A stretch of 64,000 nt of DNA from a virus (Duplodnaviria > Caudoviricetes), in IMG/VR virus record IMGVR_UViG_3300047313_000057, positions 32,001 to 96,000 of that record. One strand, given 5' to 3'. Numbering within the stretch: position 1 is the first letter of the stretch; every line of letters starts with the position of its first letter. The position numbers and the translations under genes were made by a program. The notes under the pieces are model-generated. The model searched no databases. It was not told where the DNA came from and worked only from the letters and a program-made list of their open reading frames with translations. This document shows, piece by piece, positions 55,853-63,121 of this stretch.

Positions 55853-56682
55853 GTCAATCCAGGCACCACAGGCTTGCTCACGCAACGGCAGTTAACCAAA
55901 AACCCGGGTTGTATCCACATTTTTTCATCGGGATCCCACATGCCGCGCGCAATGTCGAACGTGCGTCCGTTCATCGCCACATGCGCCGGCCGCGGCGTCT
56001 TGCCGGCCGACGAATGCAGCCACACGGCTTCCGTGATCCCGATTTCGAGATGCCGCACCCGGCTCAGCGCCGCCGTGGCCTTGTTGGACTGATCGCGGGA
56101 TATCAGCGCCGCCCGCCGCTTCGTAGCGCCGAATTGCCTCTGCAGCGTCTTTGCGAGATCGTCGAGCTTGCGCCCGGTCTGTACCGAACGCGCCACATGG
56201 CCTTCCACCGCGCGCAGGTACTGTTCCGGGATCGAGCGGATCAGCGCCACGTTCTGCTCGACCGTCGCCCCCAGGACGTCGTTCTGGGCCCGGCTGAGCC
56301 GGAACTCGACGGAAAACCCGGCCTTCTTCAACGCAGCCTTGAGGGCGGCATCCGACCGATCGGCGACGCTTTGCGCGAACCAGTCGGCGAGATCGTCGGC
56401 AAGGATCGAGAACCGGCGCCGCCAGCGGCGCCCGAGCGCGGCGACCGTGCGCATCAGTTCGGCGATCGGGGAGTCGTCAGTCGCAAGAGACTGGGACAAT
56501 TCCACGACTTCCGGGGGGTTCTTCTTATAGGCCGCGGAGAGCCAGTAGAGGACGCTGCCGTGCATCTCCGCGATGAGAGCGGTGAGCCGGCGGCGGTATT
56601 CGGACTCGATGCCAGCGTTGGCGCGGATGGGGCGGAGCGTCTTAGGTTTGGGGCGCGGCCTAGGGCGGGGCGGATTTGGCAT
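55849..56682 (-). CDS. Head morphogenesis protein (MuF/SPP1 gp7)
   Basis: NV.LI.SIP.QY, RA.LI.RDQ..K, W.HS.....RP.H, PG...NCRC. Confidence 0.9.
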   Translation of the reverse strand: MPNPPRPRPRPKPKTLRPIRANAGIESEYRRRLTALIAEMHGSVLYWLSAAYKKNPPEVVELSQSLATDDSPIAELMRTVAALGRRWRRRFSILADDLADWFAQSVADRSDAALKAALKKAGFSVEFRLSRAQNDVLGATVEQNVALIRSIPEQYLRAVEGHVARSVQTGRKLDDLAKTLQRQFGATKRRAALISRDQSNKATAALSRVRHLEIGITEAVWLHSSAGKTPRPAHVAMNGRTFDIARGMWDPDEKMWIQPGFLVNCRCVSKPVVPGLT

Positions 56683-56962
56683 TGGCCTCCGCCTTGGCGT
56701 CCTCTTCATTCGCGGCCACGTCCAGGAGCAGCTGCATCGCGATGCCCTCGGTGCGCCCGCGGTAGAGCCAGTCGAGCGTCAGGCCGGGAACGGCGTCGGC
56801 GAGCTTGTCGGCGACCTCGACCGGCAGCAGCACCCCGGCGCTTTCGTGCTTTGCCATGTGCGCGGCGGCGATGTCCAGCGTCTGCGCCAGTTCATGGCGC
56901 CCCAGCCCGAGAAGCCTCCGGATGGCCTGCAATCTTCGTCCGACGGCTGCCCTGTCGATCAT
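56660..56962 (-). CDS. Xre-family HTH protein
   Basis: VG.RL..IR...GL...ELA..L, E.G, LDWLY.G. Confidence 0.75.
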   Translation of the reverse strand: MIDRAAVGRRLQAIRRLLGLGRHELAQTLDIAAAHMAKHESAGVLLPVEVADKLADAVPGLTLDWLYRGRTEGIAMQLLLDVAANEEDAKAEANAKSAPP

Positions 56963-57033
56963 GCCGACCCGATAGCATGACCGGACCGGGATGTCATCAG
57001 TACAACTTATGCGTGTCCTGGCTGTCGAATGCG

Positions 57034-57258
57034 TTAACTAGCCAATTCAAGCCATCGCGACCGCGATGGGAGACGTGAACGACTTCCTTGTTGAGAAAGC
57101 TTCCGCATTTCGCGACGATAGACGATTGAATTGACGGAACGTCCGTCGATTTCACACTTTTCGACGCCGGATGGATACCGAACACGCAAGAACTCGTGGC
57201 CGTGTATAAGCTGATACGACTTCATAGGACCCATGATGACAAAATACTTCTGATCCAT
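57034..57258 (-). CDS. Hypothetical protein
   Basis: TGATG coupling. Confidence 0.45.
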   Translation of the reverse strand: MDQKYFVIMGPMKSYQLIHGHEFLRVRYPSGVEKCEIDGRSVNSIVYRREMRKLSQQGSRSRLPSRSRWLELAS

Positions 57259-57671
57259 CAATACAACCTCTCCACTTCGCCATCGAAGGCGTTGCAGCAC
57301 GCCCGCGGCTTGACCCGAGCATCCAGCGCCCAGATCTTGGGAAACGCCTTGTTCAACTGGCGGAACAGATCGCAGGCTTTGTCGCCTCGGTCAAACGCGT
57401 TGCAGTTCTCGCAGCGCACGTCGCCGCGGACAAACCCGACTTCCTGCTTGGTAAGCGCGCCGGTCGGGCGCACCCGCGGCGCATCCTCGCTGCGGATCGG
57501 CGGGCCCTGCACATATTCGATGCACGTGTCGCCCTCAAGGACTTCGTCGTTCGGCTGCAGCCAGTAGCAGCGGTCGATGTCCTTGAGCCACAGGACGCAG
57601 GTCTTGCATTGCGCGAACTTCGGTGCGTCGCCGACGGGCTCGAGGTAGCCGAAGGCTGAGCGGTCACGCAT
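57258..57671 (-). CDS. Protein with two HiPIP-like four-Cys metal-binding modules
   Basis: CKTC..W....C...C..Y and CENC..F....C...CC..F. Confidence 0.6.
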   Translation of the reverse strand: MRDRSAFGYLEPVGDAPKFAQCKTCVLWLKDIDRCYWLQPNDEVLEGDTCIEYVQGPPIRSEDAPRVRPTGALTKQEVGFVRGDVRCENCNAFDRGDKACDLFRQLNKAFPKIWALDARVKPRACCNAFDGEVERLY

Positions 57672-58068
57672 GGCCCAACGCGCCGGGCTGATCTTCCCAT
57701 GTGCCACGTTTGCCGCTGTAGCGCGTTTCATGCGGTGCCGCGCTGCGCATGATGTACTGGCCTACCGCCGTCCAGATCATATTGTTGAAGCGCATCTCGT
57801 CGCAGACCAGGGTGCCACGATCACGCTTGCCGCCGCAGAATGTCAATGTTGCGCAGACGTGCCCCATGCCGATCGGTTCACGCTTTGAGGTATGCGTTGC
57901 CACCCGCAACAGCCCGTGCCGCCCTGCGAGCCGGTAGTACGTCGCCTCGCTCTTCATTGAGGCACAGACGTGGACGAACCCGGCCACCTTGAGAACCTCA
58001 GCGGCTCTCGCGGCAAGCAGCAGGCAGTTCTGTCGCGCCTCCGGGGGCTTGGGTCGCTTGCGTGGCAT
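57664..58068 (-). CDS. Hypothetical protein
   Basis: S..SEA.YY......LRVA.H motif. Confidence 0.6.
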   Translation of the reverse strand: MPRKRPKPPEARQNCLLLAARAAEVLKVAGFVHVCASMKSEATYYRLAGRHGLLRVATHTSKREPIGMGHVCATLTFCGGKRDRGTLVCDEMRFNNMIWTAVGQYIMRSAAPHETRYSGKRGTWEDQPGALGHA

Positions 58069-58082
58069 TTTTCCGGGAGCGG

Positions 58083-58220
58083 TTAACCTTGATCTACCCC
58101 GCCGATGTTACCCTTGTTCTTGCTCGCGTAGAAGACCCGCTCGCCCTTCTCCGGTCCGTATTGCTCCTTCATCGACTCCATGATCTCCTCGCCCTTCGGC
58201 GTCAGCGGATCGGTCGCCAT
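58083..58220 (-). CDS. Small conserved phage head-region protein (45 aa, not in the ORF track)
   Basis: MATDPLTPKGEEIMESMKEQYGPEKGERVFYASKNKGNIGGVDQG; TGATG coupling. Confidence 0.75.
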   Translation of the reverse strand: MATDPLTPKGEEIMESMKEQYGPEKGERVFYASKNKGNIGGVDQG

Positions 58221-58552
58221 CACCTCAGTTTTTTTTTAACTCCCGGCGGCTGGTCCGACGTCATCTTGTGGTCGGTCTTCTTGGCCATGTTCGGAGATCC
58301 GGGCTTTTCGCCGGGCGGTTTGGAATTGCCGGAATCGCGCTTCTCGCCCAGCATCTCCTTGTTGACGCCGCTCTTGTTGGCGGCCGGCTTGAAGCCGGAG
58401 ATCTTCTCGCCCTCCAGCTCGCGGCCGACCGAACCGGTCTTTGGCGCCGAGGTGAATGCCGGTTTGCCCAGGGTCTCGCCTTGCGCTGCGGGGCCGACGT
58501 CCTTGCCGATGTGGGGGCTTGCCCTGCCGCCCCAGCGTCCTGTACCTGCCAT
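58220..58552 (-). CDS. Putative head-cargo protein with GRWGGR leader (Lys/Gly-rich, disordered)
   Basis: GGAG RBS; begins MAGTGRWGGRASPHIGKD. Confidence 0.65.
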   Translation of the reverse strand: MAGTGRWGGRASPHIGKDVGPAAQGETLGKPAFTSAPKTGSVGRELEGEKISGFKPAANKSGVNKEMLGEKRDSGNSKPPGEKPGSPNMAKKTDHKMTSDQPPGVKKKLR

Positions 58553-58555
58553 GAT

Positions 58556-59002
58556 CTATTCTCCCGGATGCTTGCGGTAGTGCAGCTCCTTGCGCTTGTC
58601 GGTCTCGTCCTCCAGCGCCTTGGCGTTCTCTTCGGCGATGTACTTTTCCGCCTCCTGCTGGGTGTTGAACTTCTTGACCTTGTCGGCCGGCCCCTTTTCG
58701 GGATCGTTGCCGGCGTCGGAATCGACGACATGCCACGGCTGGGACTCGACGGCGACGTAGCGCAGCTCGAAGCGGGAGCCGTCGCGGGCCTGGTCGTAGC
58801 CGCGCACGTACTCGGGCGACATGCCGCTCGCGTGCTCGCCCATGGCATGCGGCGGGCGGCCGGTGCCCTGCGTGCCGGAGAACGGCGCCGCCTTGGCATC
58901 GAGGCGGTGGCCCTTCTCGGTCGCGTTTTCATCGCGGGCGACGCGGCGGAAGTCACGGCTGCCGGCCGTGCCGCTCGATCTGCCGCCCCATCTGCCGGTC
59001 AT
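58556..59002 (-). CDS. Putative head-cargo protein with GRWGGR leader
   Basis: AGGA RBS; begins MTGRWGGRSSGTAGSRD. Confidence 0.65.
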   Translation of the reverse strand: MTGRWGGRSSGTAGSRDFRRVARDENATEKGHRLDAKAAPFSGTQGTGRPPHAMGEHASGMSPEYVRGYDQARDGSRFELRYVAVESQPWHVVDSDAGNDPEKGPADKVKKFNTQQEAEKYIAEENAKALEDETDKRKELHYRKHPGE

Positions 59003-59014
59003 TCGTCTGTCGTC

Positions 59015-59203
59015 CTACAACAACTGGGCCAGCGGCTGCGTCGCAATCCACGCTGCGGCAAGTTGCAGATCGACCACCGTCTGCGTCGTGACCGTGGTGT
59101 TCTGCATCAAGGCGGCGAGGGTGATCGACTGACCGGCTTGGTAGACCTGCTGCTTCGCCTGGAACATCGCGCAGACCTGCTGCGGATTGGGAACTGTGGC
59201 CAT
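59015..59203 (-). CDS. Small Gln/Thr-rich protein
   Basis: AGGAGG RBS. Confidence 0.6.
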   Translation of the reverse strand: MATVPNPQQVCAMFQAKQQVYQAGQSITLAALMQNTTVTTQTVVDLQLAAAWIATQPLAQLL

Positions 59204-59212
59204 GGTTGCCTC

Positions 59213-59425
59213 CTAGAACAGCATCTCATAGAGCTGCTGGTACTGCGCGTTCGTCAGCCCGGCGCCGCCGGTCTGGATGTTGCCGCTGGTGTCGGTCGTC
59301 AGCGCCGGGACGTCAACCGCCTGCAGATACGTCAAGAGCTGGTTGAGGCCCATCGTGGTGCCGCCGATGCCCTGCGTATTGACGCGGTTCTGCACCGCGG
59401 TGATGACGCTTGCCGTGAAGGCCAT
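59213..59425 (-). CDS. Small Gln/Thr-rich protein
   Basis: AAGGAG RBS. Confidence 0.6.
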   Translation of the reverse strand: MAFTASVITAVQNRVNTQGIGGTTMGLNQLLTYLQAVDVPALTTDTSGNIQTGGAGLTNAQYQQLYEMLF

Positions 59426-59430
59426 GGTGA

Positions 59431-59733
59431 TTACTCCTTGTGAACCGTCTCAGACGAAGGGGAGGTCTCTTCGCCGGGCGTGCCGCCGTAGTTCTGTGCC
59501 GCGGCGACCTCGGGGCTGTGATCCTCAGCGTCGTCCTCTTCGTCTTCATCATCGAAGAGGCCCTCGTCGCCTTCCTCTTCCCCGTCAGGATCACGCGTCG
59601 ACAGCCACGCCGTTTCACCGTCATCGTAGATGATCTTGATCAGATCGGCGTCGTCCTTCTCCGCTGGCTCAAAGTCCTCGGTAAGATACGCCACGGTCGC
59701 CTCGCGGCCATCGATGGTCTGGCGTTCGATCAT
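59431..59733 (-). CDS. Small acidic protein coupled to the portal-peptidase gene
   Basis: ATGA overlap; very Asp/Glu-rich. Confidence 0.6.
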   Translation of the reverse strand: MIERQTIDGREATVAYLTEDFEPAEKDDADLIKIIYDDGETAWLSTRDPDGEEEGDEGLFDDEDEEDDAEDHSPEVAAAQNYGGTPGEETSPSSETVHKE

Positions 59734-62700
59734 GGTGCGCCCAACGATGAAAAGTTGCCGTGCTTGCCCCAATGCTTATCGTATAACTTTTCCACGGCCT
59801 TGAACAGATCTTCCCACGCCTTGTGGCTCTGCTTCTCTTCCTTGCCTCCGATTTCGGTCGAGATGCCTTTCGTCTTGCGCAATTCCTGATAAGCTTGATA
59901 CCTGTTGCCGTACGGCGTCGGCAGCTTGCCGTCCCGATCCAGCAAATAGCTCATCTCGGCCAGCGTCTCGTTGACGGCCGTATCGAAGCTGCACTCGCCC
60001 TTGTGATAGGCATGCCAGTATTCGCGGCTGTAGGCGCTCACCCCATCGGTCAGTGAGAACAACTGGTGACGCTTGCTGCGGAACACCTCGTGCATCTTCT
60101 GATAAATTTCATACTCCTTCTTGAGTTCTTTATTCTCCAGAACTCTGGTTGAAAGAGACCCGTCCGGCCTTAGCCACGGGTTGGGACGCACAATGCGGGT
60201 AGTGAATTGCTTGACGCCGCCGGGTCCCTCGCTCTCCTCAACGACGGTCCCTTCCTCCTTCGCCAAGCGATTCAGCGTCTGCGAATTTATTGAATAATTC
60301 CTCTCCACGAAATTCCACTTATCGTGCATCACCTCGTGGGCCAGGACGCCGCGCACCGTCGCGACGGACGCGGTCTTCTCGTAGATCTTTATCTCCCCCG
60401 TAGAGTTATTGTAAGTGCCGGCGGCAAAACATGTGCGTCCATTCAACTCGAACGGCCATATTTCATCAACAACACGGATCCTGTCCAGATTCTTAAACCC
60501 GCGATTTCGTCCGACCTCGCGCGCAGCCTTCTTGATCTCCGCAGCATATTCGGTAGTGCTGGCCGCCTCTGTATGCGCTTCGCCGTACGACGACCCAAGC
60601 TTATGCAGCCGCTGCCTGAAATCCCTGGCCTTCAGATAATCGCCGTTCTTCTCCGCCTTCTTCAGCGCGGCCACGTACGAATCAGCCAGCTTCTCCTTCA
60701 GCTCCAGTTTCTTGTCCTTGTCGGACTCAGCGCGGATCGCCTTGCGGATCTCTGTTCGCTCGCGCTCGGTTCCAGGCCGCGGCCCTGAAGGCACAGACTT
60801 CTTTTCCGCGCCACCGCCCCCGCCGGGCGACTTGGCAAACTGCCCCTTGTTGCCCGGTTGCCCTCGCGGGTGCTTCGCCGGGTCCCAGTCGTCTTCGGCC
60901 CCGTCATCCTCCGCGAGCGCTTGATCGAACACCGCGTCCGCGATCAGCCCCGCCTTGCGCGCCGCAATCCGCATCTTGAGATAATTGCGGTTGGCCTCCG
61001 ATCGTTGGGCGGCGCGCTCATGGAACGGACCCTGCCCGTCCTTCCACGCCTGCTGCCGTGCATCGGCACGTTCATAGACCGGACGATCGCGCAGGAGATG
61101 CCCCAGCTTGCGGGCAGCGACGCGTTCACGGAACGGGGACAGGCCGACGACATTCTTCTGGACCGCGGCAAGGTGCCGTTCTCCAGGTTCCGCTTCTTCC
61201 TCCCAGGTGACCTGATCGGGGAATTCGTCTTCTTCTTCGCCGGAAGCACCGCCGTGCCCGCCGGGCTTGGGCAGCTTGGTTGCGCCAGCCCCTTCCGGAT
61301 CAAGACCCGCCTCCTCTTCGGCCCGCAGGTCCGGCATATCCTCGACGTCGATCGAGGCGTAGCGGCTGTCGGGATCGGCCGCCAGCGTCTTCCTCACCTC
61401 GTACTGCGACAGCACTCCGCCGTCGATGTACGCCATGTCGGTCTGCGCCTTTTTCTGCATGAGGTCGGCGCGCTGCTGTTCATCCATCTCGCGCAGCGGC
61501 TCGAACTCGAACACGATGGTGTCGTCGATGTCGCCGAAGAGATGCAGCTGGACGAAGTCCATGACCGTGGTCAGCGGCGCCCGCATCCGCTTTTCCTGCT
61601 GGGCGAGAATCCAGTCATAGAACATGCGGATGCCGCCCTCGTCCGAGGCGTTCAGTCCGGTCGGCTGGATACCCAGGAGCTTGACGATGGGGATACTGGC
61701 GACGCTCGCCATCTGCTCCTGGCTCTGCGCCTGCAGTTCGTGCAGGCCGGCGGTCGGCGCCGAGACGTTGGCGAAGTCCTCGCTCTCCTTGTCGAGCGCC
61801 ATCAGTCCGCGGTTGTCGCGGAGATCGTTGAACATGGCGATCCGGCGGAACAGCTGGTCGCCGGCATCGGTGAGCGAGGTGCCGAGATTGGTCTTGAGGA
61901 CGAACACGGTGAAGGAATGCAGGAGGTCGGAGACGCTCTGGCGGGTGCGGATCCAGTTGTCGACATAGGGCCGGGCCATCTGCGTCATCGACAGACCGCC
62001 GAACGAATAGGCGGGTTTCAAGAGGTCCGGCACCTCGCGGCCGACGAACTTCAGCAGACGAGTATGATGGACCTGCTTTCCCAGGACAAACCACGTCTGC
62101 GGCTGATACCAGTCGTCGCGCAAGGGATCGATGGCGGTGTAGTCGATCGGATAGACCCATACCGGCTCGACGGCGCGCAATGCCTTGAGATGGCCCTTGC
62201 CGAACTTGGCGCGGCTGACCTCGTTCCTTCCATCGCCGAGCGATGTCTTGAGTTCGTCGCGGTTCTCGGTCGCCCCGGTGTCGATGTAGAGGTGGCTGCG
62301 GCCGAACCATTCGTCCAACTCGATGCACTTGCGGAACACGTCGCGGGCCCGCAGCCGCTCCAGCTCGGCCATGATCTCGCCGATGCGCTGCTCACGGCCG
62401 CCGTCCTCGTTGCTGGTGGACGAGATGTGGATCCACTTGCGGGTCATCTCCGTCGCAAGGATCTCGCCGAACTTGCGGAACTCGGGCCGCTGCGCCTGGC
62501 CGGCCAGATTCGCATAGCCGGGGAAGACCAGCCCTTCCTCGAAGATGCCGCCGATGAACGGCGCCGCCCACGAGGTCTCCGCGTTGCCCCAGTTGACGTC
62601 CCAGTTGGTCTGGCCCCAGCTCATGCCCTGGTCCAAGGCCATGTGCAGGGACTTGTCGGCCGGCATCGCATTGGGCGGGAATTGCGGCAGGCGGAACGGA

Positions 62701-62837
62701 TTGGGCGGCTTCTTGCGCCCCGCCCGGGCGCGCGCCGCCGCCATGTCGGAGACGACGATGGGCGGGGGCTTGGGAGACGGCTTGCGGGAAACGGGCCGGG
62801 GCTTCGCAGCGGCCTTTGCGCGCTTTCTGATGGGCAT
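59730..62837 (-). CDS. Portal protein (DUF1073) fused to KHPRG motif and zincin-like metallopeptidase
   Basis: FPGY..LA, EMTRKWI, VH.TRL, LKPAY.FGGLS..Q, IP.VKLLG..P.GLNAS in the N-half; LAHEVMH...VS.YS..YW...NETLAE in the C-terminus. Confidence 0.85.
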   Translation of the reverse strand: MPIRKRAKAAAKPRPVSRKPSPKPPPIVVSDMAAARARAGRKKPPNPFRLPQFPPNAMPADKSLHMALDQGMSWGQTNWDVNWGNAETSWAAPFIGGIFEEGLVFPGYANLAGQAQRPEFRKFGEILATEMTRKWIHISSTSNEDGGREQRIGEIMAELERLRARDVFRKCIELDEWFGRSHLYIDTGATENRDELKTSLGDGRNEVSRAKFGKGHLKALRAVEPVWVYPIDYTAIDPLRDDWYQPQTWFVLGKQVHHTRLLKFVGREVPDLLKPAYSFGGLSMTQMARPYVDNWIRTRQSVSDLLHSFTVFVLKTNLGTSLTDAGDQLFRRIAMFNDLRDNRGLMALDKESEDFANVSAPTAGLHELQAQSQEQMASVASIPIVKLLGIQPTGLNASDEGGIRMFYDWILAQQEKRMRAPLTTVMDFVQLHLFGDIDDTIVFEFEPLREMDEQQRADLMQKKAQTDMAYIDGGVLSQYEVRKTLAADPDSRYASIDVEDMPDLRAEEEAGLDPEGAGATKLPKPGGHGGASGEEEDEFPDQVTWEEEAEPGERHLAAVQKNVVGLSPFRERVAARKLGHLLRDRPVYERADARQQAWKDGQGPFHERAAQRSEANRNYLKMRIAARKAGLIADAVFDQALAEDDGAEDDWDPAKHPRGQPGNKGQFAKSPGGGGGAEKKSVPSGPRPGTERERTEIRKAIRAESDKDKKLELKEKLADSYVAALKKAEKNGDYLKARDFRQRLHKLGSSYGEAHTEAASTTEYAAEIKKAAREVGRNRGFKNLDRIRVVDEIWPFELNGRTCFAAGTYNNSTGEIKIYEKTASVATVRGVLAHEVMHDKWNFVERNYSINSQTLNRLAKEEGTVVEESEGPGGVKQFTTRIVRPNPWLRPDGSLSTRVLENKELKKEYEIYQKMHEVFRSKRHQLFSLTDGVSAYSREYWHAYHKGECSFDTAVNETLAEMSYLLDRDGKLPTPYGNRYQAYQELRKTKGISTEIGGKEEKQSHKAWEDLFKAVEKLYDKHWGKHGNFSSLGAP

Positions 62838-62851
62838 CTAGGCGGATTGGC

Positions 62852-63094
62852 TCACGACACGAACGTGCACGGCTCGACCCGGGAAACATCGACGTCGGCG
62901 CCGCCTCCCGCAGAGAGCCACTGGCTCGCCGCCGCCATCGACGGGAAGGCGCGCTGGAACGCCCCGCCGGTCGAGATCAGGGTGCCGATCAGCAGCACGC
63001 CCGCGGTCTCGGCAATCATCTTCTTCTGTGTGTGGCCGGCGACCGTGGAGATGGTCGTCTGCACGGCGCCGACGGTCTTGATGGTTGCAGACAT
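62852..63094 (-). CDS. Hypothetical protein
   Basis: 80-aa ORF between terminase and portal. Confidence 0.45.
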   Translation of the reverse strand: MSATIKTVGAVQTTISTVAGHTQKKMIAETAGVLLIGTLISTGGAFQRAFPSMAAASQWLSAGGGADVDVSRVEPCTFVS

Positions 63095-63121
63095 GGCTTA
63101 GAATCCCATTGATATCCGCAT

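Noticed and set aside
60858-63101. Long plus-strand ORFs such as 60858..63101, 49938..51668, 55564..57078, 16604..18094 and 36085..37383
   Set aside because: Antisense shadows of well-supported minus-strand genes in high-GC DNA; Arg/Ala/Gly-rich, no motifs, no RBS.
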